A stretch of 64,000 bases of DNA from Longimicrobiales bacterium (GTDB taxonomy: Bacteria > Gemmatimonadota > Gemmatimonadetes > Longimicrobiales > Gaopeijiaceae). The stretch lies in assembly GCA_965211795.1 (NCBI GenBank), contig OZ242973.1:2234088-2298087 (forward strand), in the 5' to 3' direction. The position numbers and the translations under genes were made by a program. Positions 41,339-48,712 of the stretch are shown in pieces (positions within the stretch are counted from its first letter, which is position 1; every line of letters begins with the position of its first letter). Below the pieces are notes generated by a model that saw only the letters and a program-made list of their open reading frames with translations, was not told the origin of the DNA and made no database searches.

Positions 41339-43060
41339 TCAGTGCCGGAACAGCCTCCGCCCCGTAAACACCATCGCGATCCCATGCTCATCCGCCGCCC
41401 CGATCACCTCTTCATCACGAATCGACCCCCCAGGCTGGATGATCGCGCGCGCACCCGCCTCCGCCGCCGCGTCCACCCCGTCCCGGAACGGGAAGAAGGC
41501 ATCCGAAGCCAGCACACACCCCTCCAGGTCAGCAGCCAACCCCGCCTCCCCCGCCTTCCGCACCGCCAGCTTCGACGAATCCACGCGGCTCATCTGCCCC
41601 GCGCCGATCCCCACCGTGGCGAGATCCTTCACCAGCAGAATTGCATTCGACTTGACCCCGGCCACGGCCGCCCACGCAAACGAAAGATCGGTCTGCTCCG
41701 CCTCAGTAGGCTGGCGCGCCGTCACCACCTTCCACCCCGTATCCTCCACCGCGTGGAAGGGCGGATCCGGCAACGACTGAAACAGCACGCCGCCATACAC
41801 CGACCGGAACGACCGGGCCGCGGCGTGTCCGCCCGCCCGCGCCAGGAACCTCGCTCCGCTCCGCAGCCCTTCGCCCGCCGACATCCACCACCCCGCACCC
41901 ACCGGTTCGGACGGATGCGCGTCCACCGCATCCCCCACCGTCCCCTCACCCGGCAGCGCAAGCAAGCGGATCCCCTTCTTCGCCGTCAGCACCTCCAGCG
42001 CGCCCGCCGTAAACCCCGGCGCCACAACACACTCGACGAACATCGACGCGATCCCCTTCGCCGTCTCCGCGTCCACCTCGCGATTCGCCGCGATCACGCC
42101 CCCGAACGCCGACACAGGATCCGTCAGCCGCGCACGCTCGAAGGCCGCCGCCAGCGAATCCCGCACCGCCACCCCGCACGGAGTCGTGTGCTTGACGATG
42201 CAGATCGCCGGATCGGGTGCGAACGCGAATGGCGCGAGGCTCGAAAGCGCTCCGTCCAAATCAAGAATGTTGTTGTATGACAGTGCTTTACCATGTATCT
42301 GATCAAGTATCGCTATACCATCGCCACCGCCGTCCTCGACGTAGAACGCTGCACTCTGCCCCGGATTCTCCCCGTACCGCAACCGCCGCCCACGCCTCCC
42401 GAGCCGCAGCGTGACGGCCTCGCCCAACAGATCCCCTTCCCCCTCCCCCTCCAGGTAACCCGCCACGGCCGTGTCGTACGACGAAATCTCCCGAAAGACT
42501 TTCGCTGCCAACTTTTTTCGCAGGGCGATGGAGCCCTCCTTCTGCCCCTCCAGCCCCCCCTGCCCCTCCCCTGTCACGGCCTCCAGCACCGCGCCGTAGT
42601 CGCGGGGATCAACAACCACCCACACGTCCCGGTGGTTCTTCGCGGCGGCGCGGATCATGGTCGGGCCACCGATGTCGACGTTCTCCATGGCCACGCCGAG
42701 GGTCACGTCCGGCGAAGCGACCGTCTCCCGGAACGGGTACAGGTTGACCGCGACCAGATCGATCGGACCGTATCCCTGATCCGCCAGCGCCGACATGTCG
42801 CCGGGGCGGTCGCGGCGCGCCAGCAGCCCCGCGTGCACGGCGGGGTGCAGCGTCTTCACGCGGCCGTCCATCATCTCGGGATGACCGGTCACCACGGACA
42901 CATCCGTCACCGGGACGCCCGCCTCCCGGAGCGCCCGTGCCGTTCCCCCGGTCGAGAGCACCTCCCATCCCCCATCCACCAGGGCCCGCCCGAACTCCAC
43001 GATCCCCGTCTTGTCCCAAACGCTCAGAAGCGCTCTGCGGCTATTCAACGGCCCCTCCAA
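41339..43060 (-). CDS. purH: Bifunctional AICAR transformylase / IMP cyclohydrolase
   Basis: 573 aa. RALLSVWDKTGIVEFGRALVDGGWEVLSTGGTA, DGRVKTLHPAVHAGLL and the C-terminus IIQPGGSIRDEEVI...MVFTGRRLFRH are diagnostic. Confidence 0.93.
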   Translation of the reverse strand: MEGPLNSRRALLSVWDKTGIVEFGRALVDGGWEVLSTGGTARALREAGVPVTDVSVVTGHPEMMDGRVKTLHPAVHAGLLARRDRPGDMSALADQGYGPIDLVAVNLYPFRETVASPDVTLGVAMENVDIGGPTMIRAAAKNHRDVWVVVDPRDYGAVLEAVTGEGQGGLEGQKEGSIALRKKLAAKVFREISSYDTAVAGYLEGEGEGDLLGEAVTLRLGRRGRRLRYGENPGQSAAFYVEDGGGDGIAILDQIHGKALSYNNILDLDGALSSLAPFAFAPDPAICIVKHTTPCGVAVRDSLAAAFERARLTDPVSAFGGVIAANREVDAETAKGIASMFVECVVAPGFTAGALEVLTAKKGIRLLALPGEGTVGDAVDAHPSEPVGAGWWMSAGEGLRSGARFLARAGGHAAARSFRSVYGGVLFQSLPDPPFHAVEDTGWKVVTARQPTEAEQTDLSFAWAAVAGVKSNAILLVKDLATVGIGAGQMSRVDSSKLAVRKAGEAGLAADLEGCVLASDAFFPFRDGVDAAAEAGARAIIQPGGSIRDEEVIGAADEHGIAMVFTGRRLFRH

Positions 43061-43706
43061 AGGCTGACTCGATCGATTGCTTCAGGTCATGGCCCGCCTG
43101 GACACCCGTACCGGGCCAGCGGAAAATGGGGGTGACGAGGTCTCCCCGCGCGAGCGCGTCGGCCGCCGCTGGAAAGAGCACATGCTCCACCTCCAGCACC
43201 CGCTGGGCGAGGCTGTCCGCCGTGTCGCCGGGCTCCACCGGCACCGGCCACTGCGCCAGGATCCGCCCTTCGTCGTAGCGCTCGTTGACGAAGTGGATCG
43301 TGGGACCCGACACCGTCGCGCGGGAGCGCAGGACGGCCTCGTGCACGTGGTGGCCGTACATCCCCTTCCCTCCGAAGGCCGGCAGCAGCGCCGGGTGGAT
43401 ATTGAGGATGCGTCCCGCCCAGGCGCGGCAGACCTCGGGCGGCAGAAGCTTGAGGAAGCCGGCCAGCAGGACGCCCCGAACTTGGTGGCGCCGGAGCAGG
43501 CGGACGACCTCGTCCCCCACGGACTCGCCCCCGAAATCCACCCGGTACACCGCCCTCCCCTTCGCCCGCGCCCGCTCTTCGGCAACACAGGGCCGGTCCA
43601 CGATCAGCACCTCGATCCTGTAGGCGGCCCCATGCTCCTCGTGGTCGAGAAGCGCCTGCATGTTCGTCCCGGACCCCGAAGCGAGCACCGCGAACGGGAC
43701 CGTCAC
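43041..43706 (-). CDS. purN: Phosphoribosylglycinamide formyltransferase
   Basis: 221 aa. AVLASGSGTNMQALL, ILNIHPALLPAFGGKGMYGHHVHEAVL, GPTIHFVNERYDEG. Confidence 0.9.
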   Translation of the reverse strand: MTVPFAVLASGSGTNMQALLDHEEHGAAYRIEVLIVDRPCVAEERARAKGRAVYRVDFGGESVGDEVVRLLRRHQVRGVLLAGFLKLLPPEVCRAWAGRILNIHPALLPAFGGKGMYGHHVHEAVLRSRATVSGPTIHFVNERYDEGRILAQWPVPVEPGDTADSLAQRVLEVEHVLFPAAADALARGDLVTPIFRWPGTGVQAGHDLKQSIESAFGGAVE

Positions 43707-43713
43707 GTCCCCC

Positions 43714-44364
43714 TCACACCAACTCGCCGCCGTAGACGGGGATCAGGAAAGGGTTGGTGACGCGCTCGTGTCCGGCCGTGGTTTCGGGTCCGTGACCCGT
43801 GTAGAGCACCGTCTCGTCCGGCAGGGTGAGCACCTCGTTGCGGATCGACTCCATGAGGACGCGGTAGTCGCCGTAGGGAAGATCCGTCCTCCCGATCGAA
43901 CCGGCGAAGACCACGTCGCCCACGATCGCGACCGGCTCCGAAGTGGAGACGAACATGACGTGCCCGGGCGCGTGGCCCGGCGTGAAGACGACTTCGAACT
44001 CGGAGCCGCCGAAGGAGAGGTTCTCGCCGGGGACAAGGTCCACATCGGGGGGCGGCTGCGCTTCCCACGGGACTCCGAAGGCGACCGCCTGGGCGGCGAC
44101 GCTGTCGTAGAGGGGTTGGTCGAGCGGGTGGAGGTAAATCGGGGCACCGGTCTCGCGCTTGGCCTGCGCCACGCCCTCGATGTGGTCCAGGTGTGCATGC
44201 GTGAGGAGGATCGCCGCGACTTCGAGCCGGCGGTCGCGGACCGCGGCCAGCGCCTCGGGCGTGGCGGCGCCGGGGTCGATCAGGAGCGCGGTGCGTCCGT
44301 CGGTGCAGACGACGACGAGCGTGTTCTGGACGAACGGGCCGCCTGTGAAGGTCAGGATTTCCAG
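43714..44364 (-). CDS. MBL-fold metallo-hydrolase (glyoxalase II-like); start extended beyond the track ORF
   Basis: The track ORF (43714..44172) starts at MAQAKRE. The same frame stays open upstream and encodes LEILTFTGGPFVQNTLVVVCTDGRTALLIDPG...ILLTHAHLDHIEG (the HxHxDH metal motif). No ATG, GTG or TTG is available between there and the upstream stop at 44371, so the CTG at 44364 is the best candidate start. Confidence 0.75.
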   Translation of the reverse strand: MEILTFTGGPFVQNTLVVVCTDGRTALLIDPGAATPEALAAVRDRRLEVAAILLTHAHLDHIEGVAQAKRETGAPIYLHPLDQPLYDSVAAQAVAFGVPWEAQPPPDVDLVPGENLSFGGSEFEVVFTPGHAPGHVMFVSTSEPVAIVGDVVFAGSIGRTDLPYGDYRVLMESIRNEVLTLPDETVLYTGHGPETTAGHERVTNPFLIPVYGGELV

Positions 44365-44370
44365 GAGCCG

Positions 44371-44700
44371 CTACACCGTGAACGAACTGCCGCAGCCACA
44401 GCCGCCCGTGGCCTGCGGATTCCTGAAGGAGAAGCCGGAGCCCATCAGCGACGTCACGTAGTCGATCTCGATGCCTTCCAGGTACTGGGCGCTGAAGGGG
44501 TCCACGAAGATCCGGAATCCGTACTGCTCGAGGATCTCGTCGTCGCCCTCCGGGCCCTGGTCGATGTCCACCCCGTACTGGAAGCCGGAGCAGCCACCCG
44601 GCAGCACGGCCACCCTGAGTCCCGCGCCGGGCGTGTCCCCGTGCTCCTTCAGGAACCCGTGCACCATCTTCACCGCGTTGGGCGTAAGGGTCAGGTCCAT
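44371..44700 (-). CDS. IscA/HesB/ErpA-family iron-sulfur cluster insertion protein
   Basis: 109 aa. GLRVAVLPGGCSGFQY and C-terminal GGCGCGSSF. Confidence 0.88.
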   Translation of the reverse strand: MDLTLTPNAVKMVHGFLKEHGDTPGAGLRVAVLPGGCSGFQYGVDIDQGPEGDDEILEQYGFRIFVDPFSAQYLEGIEIDYVTSLMGSGFSFRNPQATGGCGCGSSFTV

Positions 44701-44806
44701 TTTCTTCTATCTCGCACTTCTTCGTCGATTGGGTCGGGGCGGTGCCGGGCGGCCGCGTGTGCCTTCCAACCCGCCTCCAGAAAGCTATCCATGGGCCGAA
44801 AGGGGG

Positions 44807-45385
44807 TCAACGAACGGGCGATTGCGCTCTCTCGAGCCGCTCGATGAGCGCCGCGGCGGCGGCCAGGCCGTCCACCACCCGCACGCCTTCCTCGACCCGG
44901 CCCTCCTCCCCGGCACCGTGACCCGTCCGCACCAGGATCCCGGTGCCGCCGAGGGTCTGCGCCGGCAGCACATCGCTCCGCTTGTCGCCGATGTAGTACG
45001 AACCGGCCGTTGCGAGCTCCAGGTCGGCTGCGGCCCGGCGGTACATGACCGGGCTCGGCTTGCGGCAGGTCGTGTCCGGGTCGCCGCCGGGGCCGTCGGG
45101 GCAGAAGTAGGTCCCGTCCACGACGACCCCGGCACCGGCGAGCTGCCGTTCCACCTCGGCCGCCACGCGATGGTAGTCGGCCAGGGTGTAGAGCCCCCGT
45201 CCGATCCCCGACTGGTTGGTGACGATGACGAGCGCGAACCCCATCTCGCGCAGCTGCAGGAGCGCGTCGGTTGCGCCGGGAATGAGGGTAACGCGGGCCG
45301 GATCGGCAATGTAGTGATGATCCTCGATGATCGTCCCGTCGCGGTCCGCGAAGACGGCACGGCGAGGAGACGACGGCGCCTTCAC
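44807..45385 (-). CDS. gmhB: HAD-IIIA phosphatase, GmhB-like (D,D-heptose 1,7-bisphosphate phosphatase family)
   Basis: 192 aa. FADRDGTI (DxDxT), VTNQSGIGRG, CRKPSP, GDKRSD. Confidence 0.7.
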   Translation of the reverse strand: MKAPSSPRRAVFADRDGTIIEDHHYIADPARVTLIPGATDALLQLREMGFALVIVTNQSGIGRGLYTLADYHRVAAEVERQLAGAGVVVDGTYFCPDGPGGDPDTTCRKPSPVMYRRAAADLELATAGSYYIGDKRSDVLPAQTLGGTGILVRTGHGAGEEGRVEEGVRVVDGLAAAAALIERLERAQSPVR

Positions 45386-46794
45386 TCCGCCTCCCCGCCG
45401 GCCTCCTCCAGCGAGCCGAGCGCCCCTACCACCGCCGCCTCCTCCCCCGGCGAGATCGTGCGCAGATCAAGCAGCATGCGCCCCTGCCGGCTGCGCGCAA
45501 TCACCGGCGGGTCATGGGCGCGCAGCGCGGCCATCCATCGCTCGGCGGCGTCCCCGGCGTCGATTTCGAGCACCGCCGTCTCCAGTCGCGCGTCGGGGAA
45601 GGTCCCCCCGCCCACCACCGACCGCCCCCGCGACACCTCGGCCGCCAGCGGTGGCGCTCCACGTTCCGCCCTCAGCGCGGCCACCCTCTCCAGCAGCGCC
45701 CTCGCCCGGCCCCCCACTTCCTCCACCGGCGCGGCGATCATGCGCAGCACCGGAATCCGCCTCATCGCCCGGCCGTGGTCCCGGTACAGCGCCAGCGTCG
45801 CCTCAAGTCCGGCCAGCGTGACCTTGTCGCAGCGAAGGGCCCGGCACAGCGGGTGCGCCTTCGCCCGGGCCACACCGGCGCTCGTCCCGGCCAGGATTCC
45901 CGCCTGCGGCCCGCCGAGCAGCTTGTCCCCCGAGAAGGCGACCAGATCGATCCCGGCGGCGACGCTCATGGCGGGCGTGGGCTCGTCGGGCAACCCCAGT
46001 TCGGCGCTGTCGACCAGCAGTCCCGATCCCAGGTCGTGGATGACGGGAACGCCGGTCTCGGCTCCGAGCGCGACCAGTTCGTCGAGCCCGGTCTCCTCGG
46101 TGAACCCGGTCATCGAGAAGTTCGAGCGGTGCACCTTGAGGATCGCGCCCACCCCCCCGCTCGTGATGGCGCGTGCATAGTCGGCGAGGCGCGTGCGGTT
46201 GGTCGTCCCGACGGTGACCAGACGCGCCCCCGCCGCCTCCACCACCTCCGGAATCCTGAAGCCGCCGCCGATCTCGACGAGCTCGCCGTGCGACACCGCG
46301 ACCCCCTTCCCCGAGGCGAACGCCGTCAGCGCCAGCGCCACCGCCCCCGCGCAGTTGTTGACCACCAGGGCGGCCTCGGCGACGGTCAGCTCCCGCACCA
46401 GGTCGGTACAGTGCACGTAGCGCGAACCGCGGTCGCCGGTGTCCAGGTCGAACTCGAGGTTGCCGTACCCGGCCGCGCGGGCCATCGCCTCGCGCGCTTC
46501 GGCGGCCAGGGGGGCGCGGCCCAGGTTGGTGTGCAGGATCACGCCGGTGGCGTTGACCGCGGGGAGGAGCGAGGGGGTTTCGGCGGCCGCGATCTCGCGT
46601 CTCAGAAGCTCCGCGTAACCGTCATCGGATGCAGGCAGCGGCAGGCGGCCCGCGCGGACCTCGTCCAGTAGGGTGCGAAGACGGGAGGTCACCCAGTCGC
46701 GGCCATGCGATTCGGCAAGCACGCGGCACCAGGGACGGGTCAGGAGGCGATCGACGCCCGGGATCGCGCGGCGGTGATCACGGTGGGCGGGCAT
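45382..46794 (-). CDS. selA: L-seryl-tRNA(Sec) selenium transferase
   Basis: 470 aa. NATGVILHTNLGRAPL, NNCAGAVALAL, ELVEIGGGFRIPEV, KVHRSNF, PLP-lysine motif FSGDKLLGGPQAG. Confidence 0.88.
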   Translation of the reverse strand: MPAHRDHRRAIPGVDRLLTRPWCRVLAESHGRDWVTSRLRTLLDEVRAGRLPLPASDDGYAELLRREIAAAETPSLLPAVNATGVILHTNLGRAPLAAEAREAMARAAGYGNLEFDLDTGDRGSRYVHCTDLVRELTVAEAALVVNNCAGAVALALTAFASGKGVAVSHGELVEIGGGFRIPEVVEAAGARLVTVGTTNRTRLADYARAITSGGVGAILKVHRSNFSMTGFTEETGLDELVALGAETGVPVIHDLGSGLLVDSAELGLPDEPTPAMSVAAGIDLVAFSGDKLLGGPQAGILAGTSAGVARAKAHPLCRALRCDKVTLAGLEATLALYRDHGRAMRRIPVLRMIAAPVEEVGGRARALLERVAALRAERGAPPLAAEVSRGRSVVGGGTFPDARLETAVLEIDAGDAAERWMAALRAHDPPVIARSRQGRMLLDLRTISPGEEAAVVGALGSLEEAGGEAE

Positions 46795-48712
46795 GGAAGG
46801 TCAGGGGGTGGGGGCTGGGGTGGGGGCGGGGCGAGTGGGCGGTGGGAGACCGGTGGGTCGGTGCGGGTTGGGGTGGGCCGGGTGAGGGTCGGCGTTGGGG
46901 GGGAGGAAGGAGGGGTCGGTGGGCGCGACGGTGGCGGATGGGGGCGGTGGGGCGGGGCGGGCCGGGGGTGCTCCGGCTTGGCGCGGGTGCCGTGGCCGTT
47001 GCGGGGCTGGGGTGCGCGGCGTGGTCGCCGGTGGCGCGGTGCGCGACCCGGTTGGTGTCCGGGGGTGTGGTGGTATCGGGCGGGGTGAGAGTATCGGGCG
47101 GCGTCAGGGTATCGGGCGGTGTGACAGTGTCGGGCTGCACCGCAGTCGTGTCATCCACCGCGACCGTGTCATCCACCGTCACCGTGTCGTCCACCGGTAC
47201 ACTGTCACCCACTTCCGTCTCCTCCTCTTCCTCCGGCGGCGGCTCCCAGGTCAGCGTGTCCACACCGCCCCCCCCATCAGCCCCTGCAATGTTCGCGACT
47301 CCCTCGACCACCAGTTCATACGGAATGTGGGGCACAAGTGCCTCATCCAGCACTCCCATGAGCGCGCGCGCCGGGAGCCTGAGCCCCGAGAGCGTCGTTA
47401 CAATCGTCGGCGCGTCGGCACTGTCCGGATCTTCCGCCGGAACGTCTCCGGTTTCGGACACCGGATCGCCCGGCGGCGCCTCCTGTTCGGCCGGCTGCTC
47501 CACTTCGGCGGCTGGCTCCCCGGGCGCGGCCGAGTCGCCCATCTCCGCGGCCTGCGCCTCCTCTTCCCGCGCGATCGAGTCCGCCCGCGCTATCGAGTCT
47601 TCACGAAGAGCAAGCCACACCCGGTACTCGTGCTGCTGGAAGATTCGAATGCGCACCGTCCGGCCCGGTTCGGGCAGCGGCACCGGCTCCTCCTCGGCAG
47701 TCCCGGCTTCCTGTCCGGCCGCCGAGTCAACCACTTGCACGACCTCACCCGGGTCCTCCACGACTTCCACAACCTCGCCTGCACCCACCGTGTCCCCAGT
47801 CACCTCGCCCTCCCCCTCCCCAGCCCCCGTACCCTGCGCCGCAGCCACCACCGAGTCGTCGTATTCGGCCACCGTGAGCGTCCCCCGGATCGTCGCCACG
47901 GGGATCGCCGGCTCGATGTAGTCGTCGAACTCGATCTCCAGCGTGACCGAGTCCTCGATGTTGATCCGGGTCAGCCGCGGCGCGGTCGTGTCGGGCTGGA
48001 TCAGGGTGAGTATCTCGAGGGTGGTGTCGGGCGGCTCGGGCAGGTCGCAGGGGATGAACGACGTCTGCGGTTCGCTCTCGTCCACCTCCCCGTTCCGGTT
48101 CTGGTCCTGCCAGGCACGCAGTTCACAGGGGCCCGCGGGCGTGTAGCGCAGCGAGAAGACACCGCCGGTGTCGGCGAAGTTCCAGTGCGTCAGGGTGTCT
48201 TCCGCGTATGGAAACCGCGCTTCAACGCGCGCCGAGGGTGTCGCATCGCCCGTCACCCGGTCCTCCACCATCCCCGCCACGACGTTCGGAACGATCTCCG
48301 CCCCGGTGGACACGACCAGGTCGAAGGGGTCCCGCAGGCTGTTGCTGAACATGTCCCTGATGACCGGGAGCACCGTAATCCTGTAGACGAGGTCCGGCGC
48401 CAGCCCCTCCTCCATCTCGACGGTGATGCACTCCCGGCCGTGCTTCACCCGGATCTCCCCGGTGGCGGGAGACACCACGACGGCATCGTTCAGCCGTCCG
48501 TCCGCGGGCCGCTCGCTGATCCGTTCGCTGAAACAGAACCGCAGCTCCCGGAGTCCTGGCTCGACGATTGCGAAGGTATCGGGCACCGTCTCGATCACGT
48601 ACGGCGGGAAGCGGTCCTCCGGCCCGCCGCTCGGGGCGTCGGCCCGCGCGCAGGCCTCTGCCGCGACGAGCAGGGCTAATCCCGCGAATGTCGCTCCCGC
48701 CAAGCGTCTCAC
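46778..48712 (-). CDS. Ig-like (SbsA/Big_5-type) domain lipoprotein with acidic and D/T/P-repeat, Pro-rich C-terminal tail
   Basis: 644 aa. GTG start overlaps the valS stop by 1 nt. MRRLAGATFAGLALLVAAEAC lipobox-like. DRFPPYVIETVPD...RFCFSERI. Tail repeats VDDTVTVDDTVAVDDT and PPDTLTPPDTLTPPDT. Confidence 0.55.
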   Translation of the reverse strand: MRRLAGATFAGLALLVAAEACARADAPSGGPEDRFPPYVIETVPDTFAIVEPGLRELRFCFSERISERPADGRLNDAVVVSPATGEIRVKHGRECITVEMEEGLAPDLVYRITVLPVIRDMFSNSLRDPFDLVVSTGAEIVPNVVAGMVEDRVTGDATPSARVEARFPYAEDTLTHWNFADTGGVFSLRYTPAGPCELRAWQDQNRNGEVDESEPQTSFIPCDLPEPPDTTLEILTLIQPDTTAPRLTRINIEDSVTLEIEFDDYIEPAIPVATIRGTLTVAEYDDSVVAAAQGTGAGEGEGEVTGDTVGAGEVVEVVEDPGEVVQVVDSAAGQEAGTAEEEPVPLPEPGRTVRIRIFQQHEYRVWLALREDSIARADSIAREEEAQAAEMGDSAAPGEPAAEVEQPAEQEAPPGDPVSETGDVPAEDPDSADAPTIVTTLSGLRLPARALMGVLDEALVPHIPYELVVEGVANIAGADGGGGVDTLTWEPPPEEEEETEVGDSVPVDDTVTVDDTVAVDDTTAVQPDTVTPPDTLTPPDTLTPPDTTTPPDTNRVAHRATGDHAAHPSPATATAPAPSRSTPGPPRPTAPIRHRRAHRPLLPPPQRRPSPGPPQPAPTHRSPTAHSPRPHPSPHPLTFHARPP

